This document shows, piece by piece, positions 1 through 8,473 of a DNA stretch of 64,000 nt. The position numbers and the translations under genes are program-made. The DNA is from Acidobacteriota bacterium (GTDB taxonomy: Bacteria > Acidobacteriota > Thermoanaerobaculia > Gp7-AA8), in contig JAFATB010000011.1 in NCBI GenBank assembly GCA_019244185.1, positions 1 to 64,000 of the forward strand, given 5' to 3'. The number at the start of each line of letters is the position of its first letter. The first letter of the stretch is position 1. Under the pieces are notes generated by a model that was given only the letters and a program-made list of their open reading frames with translations, made no database searches and was not told the origin of the DNA.

Positions 1-357
1 CCGGCGGTTGACGATGCGGTAGACGTAGCGGCGGCCGACGCAGCTGAACCGGGCGTGCCAGTCGTCGGCGACCGCGCGCGCGCCCAGGATCGCCACCGGC
101 AGCGGACGGAGCCGCGCGTTGAGCCCCTCGGCGAGGCGGAACGGCGCGATCGGCTTGGCGATGTCGACATGGGCGACCATGGCGAGGGCGTGGACTCCGG
201 CGTCGGTGCGGCCGGCGGCGTGCAGCACCGCCGCTTCGCCGGTGATCGCCGCCGCCGCCTCCTCGATCGCCTGCTGGACCGACGGGCCGTGCGCCTGGCG
301 CTGCCAGCCCATGAACGGCCGCCCGTCATATTCGACGATCAGCCGGAAGCGGGTCAC
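1..357 (-). CDS. truA: tRNA pseudouridine(38-40) synthase, 3' end runs off the window
   Basis: Not in the ORF track. Minus strand from GTG at 357 reads [33 protein letters not shown]...[10 protein letters not shown]...[16 protein letters not shown], with the YDG, GWQRQ and GRTDAGVHA motifs. GTGA overlap with the fmt stop. Confidence 0.95.
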   Translation of the reverse strand, partial: MTRFRLIVEYDGRPFMGWQRQAHGPSVQQAIEEAAAAITGEAAVLHAAGRTDAGVHALAMVAHVDIAKPIAPFRLAEGLNARLRPLPVAILGARAVADDWHARFSCVGRRYVYRIVNRR

Positions 358-1256
358 GTGAGGCAGGCGCCGGCCGGAATGACGAAGCCGCGCAGCAGCT
401 CCGCCGGCAGCATCGGCGCCCGCCCGGCGCGCTGGACCATGGTGGGGACGATCGCGCCTTCGCCGCATGCGATGGTGAGGCCGTGGTCGAGCACGGTCCC
501 TGGCGTTCCGTTCAATTCTGAGAGTTCGGCGGCAAGTATCTTGATCCGCTCGCCTTCATATTCGAAATAGGCGCCCGGCACGGGATTGAAGGCGCGCACC
601 TGCCGTTCGACCTGAGCGGCCGGCAGGGTGAAGTCGAGCCGGGCTTCCTCCTTCCTGATCTTGGGCGCGTAGCTGGCGCGGGCCTCGTTCTGCCGCATGC
701 GGCCGGCGTCGGAGAAGCGCTTCAGCACTTCGGCCATCAAATTCGCTCCCAGCGCGGCGAGCTCGTCCGTCAGCTCGCCCGCGGTCTTGCGATCGATCGC
801 GACGCCCTGCGCCGCGAGCATCGGCCCCGTGTCCAGCCCCTGCTCCATCTGCATGATCGTGATTCCGGTCTGCCGGTCGCCGGCGAGGATCGCCCGCTGG
901 ATCGGCGCGGCGCCGCGCCAGCGCGGCAGCACCGACGCGTGCACGTTGAGAAAGCCGTGCTTCGGAATCGCGAGCAGCGCGGCGGGAAGGATCTTGCCGT
1001 ACGCGACGACGATGCCGCAGTCGGGCGCGACGCGTTCGATCTCCTCGAGAAACTCCGTGTTGCGGATGCGCGGCGGCTGCGCGAGTGGCAGTCCGAGCTC
1101 GCGCGCGCGCACGGCGACGGCGGGCGCCTGCAGTTTCATGCCGCGGCCCGCGGGCTTGTCCGGTTGCGCGATGACGAGCGCGACTTCGTGCTCGCGTGCA
1201 ACGGCATCGAGAGTCGGGACGGCGAATTCGGGTGTGCCGAAGAAGACGAGGCGCAC
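354..1256 (-). CDS. fmt: methionyl-tRNA formyltransferase (possibly chimeric)
   Basis: [39 protein letters not shown] and GLDTGPM motifs. Confidence 0.95.
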   Translation of the reverse strand: MRLVFFGTPEFAVPTLDAVAREHEVALVIAQPDKPAGRGMKLQAPAVAVRARELGLPLAQPPRIRNTEFLEEIERVAPDCGIVVAYGKILPAALLAIPKHGFLNVHASVLPRWRGAAPIQRAILAGDRQTGITIMQMEQGLDTGPMLAAQGVAIDRKTAGELTDELAALGANLMAEVLKRFSDAGRMRQNEARASYAPKIRKEEARLDFTLPAAQVERQVRAFNPVPGAYFEYEGERIKILAAELSELNGTPGTVLDHGLTIACGEGAIVPTMVQRAGRAPMLPAELLRGFVIPAGACLT

Positions 1257-1269
1257 GACGAGCGCGATT

Positions 1270-1572
1270 CTATGTCGTCGTCGTGGCGGTGGTGGTCGTC
1301 GTGACGGTCGTGGTCGTGGTGACGGGCGGCGTGTCGGGGATCGACGACGTGCCGGTCGCCGGCGGCGTCACCGGCTGCTGGCTGTTCTTCTTTCCTTCGA
1401 CGCCCGTCGTCGGATTCGGCGACTCCGCCTGCATGCCGTTCGCGGCCGGCGTCTGCTTCGCGTTCTGCGGCGGATGCGTCATCGCCGGCGGCGCGTTCTG
1501 ATAATCGCGCGGCACGGACTCGCCGCGGCATCCGAGCAGAATCAAAACGACGGCTACAATCAGGCGCTTCAC
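1270..1572 (-). CDS. small lipoprotein with Pro/Thr-rich disordered tail
   Basis: MKR + hydrophobic stretch + LLGC lipobox; C-terminal poly-Thr. Confidence 0.7.
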   Translation of the reverse strand: MKRLIVAVVLILLGCRGESVPRDYQNAPPAMTHPPQNAKQTPAANGMQAESPNPTTGVEGKKNSQQPVTPPATGTSSIPDTPPVTTTTTVTTTTTATTTT

Positions 1573-1586
1573 GGGAAACGGATGAG

Positions 1587-1602
1587 TTCAACGGACGTGC
1601 CA
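1587..1602 (-). promoter_or_regulatory. sigma54-like -24/-12 promoter
   Basis: Minus strand TGGCACG-TCCG-TTGAA, 14 nt upstream of the lipoprotein start; -12 is GA rather than GC. Confidence 0.55.
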
Positions 1603-1613
1603 TGAGGACGTGC

Positions 1614-2477
1614 ATGAGAAAACTCGCAAGCCTGCTGCTGCTGCTCTCGCTCATCGCCGCCGCCAAGCCGCTCTTCGCGCAAACCGCGGACGGCGACCGC
1701 CATTACGCGCTGCGCGCCGAGGGGGCGCAGGGCGGGCGGGCGAAGGCGGAACACGTCGACGCCGCGATCGCCGCGTATCAGCGCGCCGTCGCGCAGAATC
1801 CCGGCGATCTCGATGCGCGCTGGAAGCTGCTGCGCGCGTATCGCTTCAAGGGCGCGTACGTCGCGTCGAGCAACGACGAGAAGAAAACGATCTACGGCAC
1901 CGCGAAGACCGAAGGCGAGCGCGCGCGTGCGGTCGTCGAGCGACTGCTGACGTCGCACGGCGTGAAGTCGCCGGCGAGCGCGTCGGAGAAAGACGTCGCG
2001 AACGCCGCGCGCATCATTCCCGGCGCGGCCGAGGTATATCTGTGGGACGCGGTGAACTGGGGCGAATGGGCGCTCGCGTACGGCAAGCTCGCCGCCGCGC
2101 GTCAGGGCGCCGCGGACCGCATCCGCCGCCAGGCCACGATCGCGCTCCTCGTCGATCCGAAGCTCGAAGGCGGCGCTCCCGCGCGCGTCCTCGGCCGCCT
2201 GCACGATCAGACGCCGCACATCCCCTTCATCACCGGCTGGGCGTCGTCGAAAGAAGCGGTGCGCTTTCTCAACGAATCGCTGCGCGTCGCTCCCACGAAC
2301 AAACTGACAATGGTCTTTTTGGCGGAGGCGCTGGTGGATAACGACTCGGCGAAGAAGCCCGAGGCGATCCGCCTTCTGCGCGCCGTCGTCGCCGCGCCGA
2401 ACGATCCGAACTATCTCGTCGAAGACGCCGCCGCGACCGACGACGCGCGCAGGCTGCTGCGGAGCTGGGGCGCGTGA
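1614..2477 (+). CDS. secreted TPR-like alpha-helical protein (TatT/RMD-like)
   Basis: Signal peptide [17 protein letters not shown]; TPR-like helices ([15 protein letters not shown]); [12 protein letters not shown] segment. Confidence 0.7.
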   Translation: MRKLASLLLLLSLIAAAKPLFAQTADGDRHYALRAEGAQGGRAKAEHVDAAIAAYQRAVAQNPGDLDARWKLLRAYRFKGAYVASSNDEKKTIYGTAKTEGERARAVVERLLTSHGVKSPASASEKDVANAARIIPGAAEVYLWDAVNWGEWALAYGKLAAARQGAADRIRRQATIALLVDPKLEGGAPARVLGRLHDQTPHIPFITGWASSKEAVRFLNESLRVAPTNKLTMVFLAEALVDNDSAKKPEAIRLLRAVVAAPNDPNYLVEDAAATDDARRLLRSWGA

Positions 2478-4081
2478 ACGTTCTGCACGCGGCGGCGGTG
2501 ACGCTCGTCCTGCTCAACGGGCGCGTGTGGACCGGCGGCGACGCGCCGAAGTTCGTGCAGGCCGTGGCCATCGCCGGCGACCGCATCGTCGCCGCCGGCA
2601 GCAACGACGACATCGCCGCGATGGCTGGCAACGCCGAACGCCTCGATCTGCGCGGACGTCTCGTCACGCCCGGCTTCATCGACAGCCACGTGCACTTCGT
2701 CAGCGGCGGCGTGCAGTTCTCGGCCGTGCAACTGCGCGACGCGAAGTCGCCGGCGGAGTTCGCGCGGCGCATCGGCGCGTACGCGCAGACGAAACCGAAG
2801 GGCACGTGGATCACCGGCGGCGATTGGGATCACGAGCTCTGGACTCCCGCCGCGCTGCCGACGCGCCAGCTCATCGACGCGGTGACGACGGAGCATCCGG
2901 TGTTCGTCTCACGGCTCGACGGCCACGAGTCGCTCGCGAACTCGCTCGCGCTGAAGATCGCCGGCGTCACGCGCGACACGCCCGATCCCGCCGGCGGCAC
3001 GATCGTGCGCGACGCGAACGGCGAGCCGACCGGCATTCTGAAAGACACCGCGCAGGGCCTCGTCGACGAGCACATCCCGTCGTGGTCGATGGAAGAGCGC
3101 ATCAGCGGCACGCGCGCCGCGCTCGCCGAAGCCGCGCGCAACGGCGTGACGATGGTGACGGACATGGCCGGCGGCGAAGCGTCCGATGATTTCCGCGCGT
3201 ACCAGCAGCTCGACCGCGCGCACGAGCTCACCGCGCGCATCAATCTCTTCATGCCCATCAGCGAGGTCGAGCGCATCGCCAGCACCGGCGTCGAACACAA
3301 CTTCGGCGACGCGATGCTGCAGATCGGCGGGCTCAAAGGCTTCGCCGACGGTTCCCTCGGCTCGTCCACCGCGTGGTTTCGCGACAACTATCTCGATGCG
3401 CCCAATAGCGGCTTGCCACGACCGTCGCTCGTCGACGGCACGACGAAGAAACGCGTCGAAGCCGCGGCCGCCGCGAATCTGCAGGTCGCCATTCACGCGA
3501 TCGGCGACCGCGCAAACGACGAGGTGCTGAAGATCTACGAGTCGATCCCGCGCGCGGGCGAGCGCCGCTTCCGCATCGAGCACGCGCAGCATCTCGATCC
3601 CGCGCTCATCAAGCGCTTCGCGAGCGATCGCGTGATCGCGTCGATGCAGCCGTATCACGCGATCGACGACGGGCGGTGGGCGGAGAAGAAGATCGGCCAC
3701 GAGCGCGCGAAGTCGACGTACGCATTCCGGAGTCTCCTCGACGCCGGCGCGGTGCTGGCGTTCGGCTCCGACTGGACGGTCGCGCCGCTCTCGCCGATTC
3801 TCGGCATCTACGCCGCGGTCACGCGCCGCACGCTCGACGGCAAGAATCCGAACGGCTGGATTCCGGAGCAGAAGATCACGGTGGCCGAGGCGCTGCGCGC
3901 GTACACGAGCGGCGGCGCGTACGCGGTGTTCCGCGAGCACGAGCTCGGGACGATCGCGCCGGGAATGCTCGCCGATCTCACCGTGCTGTCGGACGATCTC
4001 TTCGCGATTCCGCCGGAGCAGATCGAGAAGGTGACGGTGGCGTACACGATCGTCGGCGGGAAGATCGTTTACGGGCGCTGA
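2474..4081 (+). CDS. amidohydrolase family 3 (YtcJ-like)
   Basis: [37 protein letters not shown] motifs. Confidence 0.92.
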   Translation: MNVLHAAAVTLVLLNGRVWTGGDAPKFVQAVAIAGDRIVAAGSNDDIAAMAGNAERLDLRGRLVTPGFIDSHVHFVSGGVQFSAVQLRDAKSPAEFARRIGAYAQTKPKGTWITGGDWDHELWTPAALPTRQLIDAVTTEHPVFVSRLDGHESLANSLALKIAGVTRDTPDPAGGTIVRDANGEPTGILKDTAQGLVDEHIPSWSMEERISGTRAALAEAARNGVTMVTDMAGGEASDDFRAYQQLDRAHELTARINLFMPISEVERIASTGVEHNFGDAMLQIGGLKGFADGSLGSSTAWFRDNYLDAPNSGLPRPSLVDGTTKKRVEAAAAANLQVAIHAIGDRANDEVLKIYESIPRAGERRFRIEHAQHLDPALIKRFASDRVIASMQPYHAIDDGRWAEKKIGHERAKSTYAFRSLLDAGAVLAFGSDWTVAPLSPILGIYAAVTRRTLDGKNPNGWIPEQKITVAEALRAYTSGGAYAVFREHELGTIAPGMLADLTVLSDDLFAIPPEQIEKVTVAYTIVGGKIVYGR

Positions 4082-6132
4082 TTCAGAGCTTGCAGGACTT
4101 CGCGCGCCCGCGCGCGCTGCGGCGCGAACCGCGACTCCGGCGCGCGCGCGAGATAATCGCGCAGCGCTTTCCTCGCGACGTCGGGATGCGTGCGCGCGGC
4201 GACGAGGCCGAGGTTGAAGAGGGCGTCGAGCTGGTTGCCGTCGATGGCGACGGACTTTGACCAATCCGCGATTGCGGCTTCCGGATTGCCGCTCTGCGCT
4301 TCGATGACGCCGAGGGCGGTGAGGGCGAGCGGAAGGCGCGCGTCGAGCGAGAGCGCGCGTTCGAGGTAATGCCGCGCGGTCGTCGCCTGGCCCGCGCGCA
4401 ACGCGACGATGCCCATGTTCTGGTACGCGCGCGCGTTGCGATCGTCGGTCGCGAGAATGCGCTGGAACTGATTCACGGCGCCCTGCACGTCGCCGTTGTC
4501 CGCGAGCGCGATGCCGTAGGCGTTGAGCACGTCGGGATCGCCGGACGCGGCGAACGGCTGCAGCACCGCGATCGCCTCGCGCGCGCGACCTGCTTCACTG
4601 AGCATGAGCCCCAGCCGCACACGCATCGCCTCGGTTGCATCGCCCGCGGCGACGCGCCGCTGCAGCAACGCGATGGCGTCGGCGGGATGCTCGTTCTGCG
4701 CGAGAAAGAACGCCAGCATCTCCGACGCGATCTGCATGTCGGGACGCGCGGCGACGAGCTTGCGCGTGCGCGCGAGCGCATCCTGCACATCGCCACGCTG
4801 GTACGCGGCCATCGCATCGTGAAGCTCGTTGTCGAGCGCGACGAGGTTCTTCGGATCGTCGGCCGCGGTGTAGCTTTTCTTCGCGGATGTGCCGCTGACG
4901 TAGCCGAGGCTGAGGAGCTTCGCCTGCTCCTCGTCGTCGATCGTGGTGCGCGATGTCGACGCTGACGTCGGATTCGGTGCGTCCGACGCGAGCAGCTTGC
5001 GCAGCGCGGCGGCGGTGCGGCGATCGGTCGTGAAGCGGTTGTCGCGCTCCCGCGGATCGGCGCGGAGGTCGTAGAGCTCCGAGATCGGCAGGTCGATGAG
5101 CTTCTTGCCGTCCGCGACGACGCCGACCAGCGGCGCCCAGCCGCGATTGAGCGACGCGGAGAGCGCCTCGAAGTAGCTGTGGCCACGCGAGCCGCTCGCG
5201 AACAACGACGCGCCTTTCCAATTCGCGGGACGCGCGACGCCGGCGCGTTCGAGGATCGTCGGCGCGATGTCGATGTGGCGGACGGAGCGGTCGTCGACGC
5301 GATGCGCGCGCGCGGGATCGACGACGACGAGCGGCACCGCGAGCGTGGCCTCGTACGCGAAGAGGCCGTGCGTCGCCTCGCCGTGATCGCCGAGCGCCTC
5401 GCCGTGATCGCCGGTGACGACGACGAGCGCGTCGTTCCCGATCGCGCGCGTCAGCTCCGCGACGACCGTGTCGGCCGCGGCCACTTCGCCGAGGTACGGG
5501 TTGTCGCGGTATTGCGCGGCGAACGGCGCGGGCGGCGTGTACGGCGCGTGCGGCTCGTAGAGATGCACCCAAAGAAATCGCGAGCGTCCGGCGTTCGCGC
5601 GCCACCATGCGATCGCGAGCTGCGCGGTCTCCGATCCCGGACGCTCGGCGACGGTGAAGTCGAGCGGACTGCCCGCGCCGCGATAGCGATCGTCGTACAC
5701 GTCGAAGCCGCGGCCGAGGCCGAAGCGCGAGTCGAGCGGAAACGCGCTGACGAACGCGCCGGTCGCAAAGCCGGCGTCGTGCAGCAGCGTCGCGAGCGTC
5801 GGGATCTTCGCGTCGAGCACGAAGCCGGCGTTGTCGCGGATGCCGTGCTGCCACGGATACAAGCCCGTGAGGATGTTCGTGTGCGACGCGAGCGTGACGA
5901 CGTTGTGCGCGTGCGCGTGCGAGAACACGACGCCGCGCGCGGCGAGCGCGTCGAGCGCGGGCGTCTTGACGCGCGTGTTGCCGCCGAAGCCGGTCGCATC
6001 GGCGCGCAGCGTGTCGATCGTGATCAGCACGACGTCGCGTACGTTCACCTGGCGCGGCGTCTCGCGCCTGCACGCGGCCGCGAACAGCAACGTCGCGGCA
6101 AACACGACGCACATCCCGCGTAGAGCGCGCAC
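4069..6132 (-). CDS. sulfatase-like/alkaline-phosphatase-superfamily hydrolase with C-terminal TPR, probable lipoprotein
   Basis: [37 protein letters not shown]; TPR repeats; AAAC lipobox-like site. Start uncertain. Confidence 0.88.
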   Translation of the reverse strand: MRALRGMCVVFAATLLFAAACRRETPRQVNVRDVVLITIDTLRADATGFGGNTRVKTPALDALAARGVVFSHAHAHNVVTLASHTNILTGLYPWQHGIRDNAGFVLDAKIPTLATLLHDAGFATGAFVSAFPLDSRFGLGRGFDVYDDRYRGAGSPLDFTVAERPGSETAQLAIAWWRANAGRSRFLWVHLYEPHAPYTPPAPFAAQYRDNPYLGEVAAADTVVAELTRAIGNDALVVVTGDHGEALGDHGEATHGLFAYEATLAVPLVVVDPARAHRVDDRSVRHIDIAPTILERAGVARPANWKGASLFASGSRGHSYFEALSASLNRGWAPLVGVVADGKKLIDLPISELYDLRADPRERDNRFTTDRRTAAALRKLLASDAPNPTSASTSRTTIDDEEQAKLLSLGYVSGTSAKKSYTAADDPKNLVALDNELHDAMAAYQRGDVQDALARTRKLVAARPDMQIASEMLAFFLAQNEHPADAIALLQRRVAAGDATEAMRVRLGLMLSEAGRAREAIAVLQPFAASGDPDVLNAYGIALADNGDVQGAVNQFQRILATDDRNARAYQNMGIVALRAGQATTARHYLERALSLDARLPLALTALGVIEAQSGNPEAAIADWSKSVAIDGNQLDALFNLGLVAARTHPDVARKALRDYLARAPESRFAPQRARAREVLQALNQRP

Positions 6133-6156
6133 GCGGCGACGGTATCATCGCGCCCG

Positions 6157-7428
6157 ATGAATCGCACGCTTGCCGCAGCGCTCGTTCTCAGCTCGCTCGC
6201 CGCCTGCACCACCACCTCCACCACCACCCCGAATCCCGGCCCTGTCGCCACCTCGCGCGTCGAGGCGATGCGCGCGCTCGCGCAGCGTCCCGACATCGCC
6301 AAAGCGGAGCAGGTCGTCGACGCGCAACGCGACGCGATCATCGCGCAATGGCGCGAAGTCACGGAGATTCCGGCGCCGTCGAGCCACGAGGAGAAACGCG
6401 CGGACTACATCGAGGCGCTGCTGCGGCAGTACGGCCTCACGAACGTGTCGCGCGACAGCATCGGCAACGTGCGCGGCACGCGCAAAGGCACCGGCGGCGG
6501 CGCGCACGTCGTCTTCGACGCGCACATGGACACGGTCTTTCCGATGGAGACGAAGCTCACCACGCGCATCGAGAACGGCCGTATCTACGCGCCGGGCATC
6601 GGCGACGACACGAAGAACGTGATCGCGCTGCTCGCGCAGATCCGCGCGATGAACGAGGCCAACGTGCAGACGAAAGGCGATGTCTCGTTCGTCTTCACCG
6701 TGCGTGAAGAGACCGACTTCGGCGGCGTCTATCAATTCCTCAAAGAAGAAGGCAACACCATCGACCGCTACGTCACGCTCGACGGCGGCTACAAAGGCTT
6801 CACCTACGGCGGCATCGGGATCTATTGGTACCGCTACCACATCCTCGGACCCGGCGGGCACACGCGCTCCGATACGCCACCGTATTCGGCGACGCTGCCG
6901 GTCGCGCGCGCGATCGAGCGCATCTACCGCCTGCGCATTCCGTCCGGCGTCTGGAACAACATCGGGATGCTCGGCGCCGGCGACGTCTTCAACGCGAAGG
7001 CCGCCGATGCCTGGTTCTCCATCGATCTCCGCTCGAACGACGAGGCGAAGCTGAAGCAGTACGACGCCACGATCGACAAGATCGTGCACGAGGAAGCGGC
7101 GCGCGTCGGCATGACCGTGCGCCGCGACGTCGACTCGACGGAAGAAGTGGCGAGCCTGCCCGGACATCGCAACTCGGAGATGGTGCAGACCACCGAAGCG
7201 GTGTGGCGCGCGTTCAATCCCGAGGATCCGCCGATCACCGACACCGCATCGAACCACACCAGCGCGGCGCTGCGCGCCGGCATCCCCGCCATCGGCACCG
7301 GCACCGGCCCGTGCGAAGGCGGCCACGCCATCGGCGAGAACTGCGAGATCGAGCCGGTCTTCACCGGCATCAAGCGCAACATCGTCCTCGCCGTCGCGCT
7401 CGCGGAACAGGCGCCGCGCCCGAAGTAG
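6157..7428 (+). CDS. M20/M25/M40 family metallohydrolase lipoprotein
   Basis: LAAC lipobox; DAHMDTV, GIGDD, REE, LDG and GGHA metal-ligand motifs. Confidence 0.88.
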   Translation: MNRTLAAALVLSSLAACTTTSTTTPNPGPVATSRVEAMRALAQRPDIAKAEQVVDAQRDAIIAQWREVTEIPAPSSHEEKRADYIEALLRQYGLTNVSRDSIGNVRGTRKGTGGGAHVVFDAHMDTVFPMETKLTTRIENGRIYAPGIGDDTKNVIALLAQIRAMNEANVQTKGDVSFVFTVREETDFGGVYQFLKEEGNTIDRYVTLDGGYKGFTYGGIGIYWYRYHILGPGGHTRSDTPPYSATLPVARAIERIYRLRIPSGVWNNIGMLGAGDVFNAKAADAWFSIDLRSNDEAKLKQYDATIDKIVHEEAARVGMTVRRDVDSTEEVASLPGHRNSEMVQTTEAVWRAFNPEDPPITDTASNHTSAALRAGIPAIGTGTGPCEGGHAIGENCEIEPVFTGIKRNIVLAVALAEQAPRPK

Positions 7429-7437
7429 CGCGCGGCG

Positions 7438-8412
7438 TCAGTACGGGTCCTGCAGGATCACGCCGTTGTTCACGTCGACCACTTTCGCGCCGGTGCGCGG
7501 GCGGTGCGCGAGATCGAACGACAGTCCCGCGGCCGCGCGCCAGATCTTGAAGCCGCAGTACGTGAGCGGCTTGCCGGGCAACGACTGCTCCGGCATGTGA
7601 TCGGCGAGCACGAAGTACGCGGGACCTTCGCCGACGACTTCCGCGATCCCGCGCGCATCGACGAGCACCGCGGTGCGCTCGTTCGCGGCGATGCCGAGGA
7701 ACGAGTCGACCGGCAGCTCGCGCATCTGCCGCGCGAGCCACGCCAGCAGGCGCCCCATGCGATCGCGCTGATGAAAGTGCGTGTCGGTGATGACGCCGGC
7801 CAGCGGCGGCCAGGCGAAGAAGTCGGTGGTGAAGCTGATCTCGTCGTTGTACGGATCGGCGAGCGCGAGCGACGACTGCGAGCTCGCGTCGTTGCACGCG
7901 TCGTAGATCGACTGCCCCTGGATGGCCATGCCCGCGCTCGTGCCGCCGACGGCGCCGCCGCGCGCGTAGACGTCGCGCACCGCCTGCGCGACCGGTGTGC
8001 CGTTGAGGAAGCGCTCGTAGTTGCACTGATCGCCGCCGGCGAAGAAGACGTACTCGGCGTTGCGCACCGAGCGGATGACGTCCTCGCGATACGGCGTGCT
8101 GCGGTCGGTGATGACGAGCGTCTCGACGGAGTCGACGCCGTGCATGGCCAGGAGGTAGTCGTTGTAGCCGGCCTCGCCCGACGCGCGCAAGACGACGATG
8201 TCGATCTTCGCGTCGCAGTCGCTGCAGCCGCGTACGCGGTCGATGGTTTCCTGGAAAGCAGCATCGACGTCGGTGCCGCCGCCCTGCAGGTGCAGCACCG
8301 GACCGTGCAGCGGAGGCGCGACGTCGGCGGGATTGCCAACGAAGTAGCGGGCGAGCTCCGCGTGCGCGGAGACCGTCATCAGCGCGAGAAGCGCGAGCAA
8401 ACGAATGCGCAT
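7438..8412 (-). CDS. secreted cyanophycinase-like peptidase (S51)
   Basis: LQGGG, FFAGGDQ, GGTSAGMA, DTHFHQRDRMGRL; signal peptide from ATG 8412. Confidence 0.88.
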   Translation of the reverse strand: MRIRLLALLALMTVSAHAELARYFVGNPADVAPPLHGPVLHLQGGGTDVDAAFQETIDRVRGCSDCDAKIDIVVLRASGEAGYNDYLLAMHGVDSVETLVITDRSTPYREDVIRSVRNAEYVFFAGGDQCNYERFLNGTPVAQAVRDVYARGGAVGGTSAGMAIQGQSIYDACNDASSQSSLALADPYNDEISFTTDFFAWPPLAGVITDTHFHQRDRMGRLLAWLARQMRELPVDSFLGIAANERTAVLVDARGIAEVVGEGPAYFVLADHMPEQSLPGKPLTYCGFKIWRAAAGLSFDLAHRPRTGAKVVDVNNGVILQDPY

Positions 8413-8431
8413 GTTGGGATGGAGGTGGATA

Positions 8432-8460
8432 CGGCGGCCGTCACGCGTGGACGGCCGCCG
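8432..8460 (-). terminator. GC-rich stem-loop after the TonB receptor gene
   Basis: CGGCGGCCGTC-7 nt-GACGGCCGCCG, perfect 11-bp stem; no long U tract. Confidence 0.5.
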
Positions 8461-8473
8461 CATCGCGGTGAGA

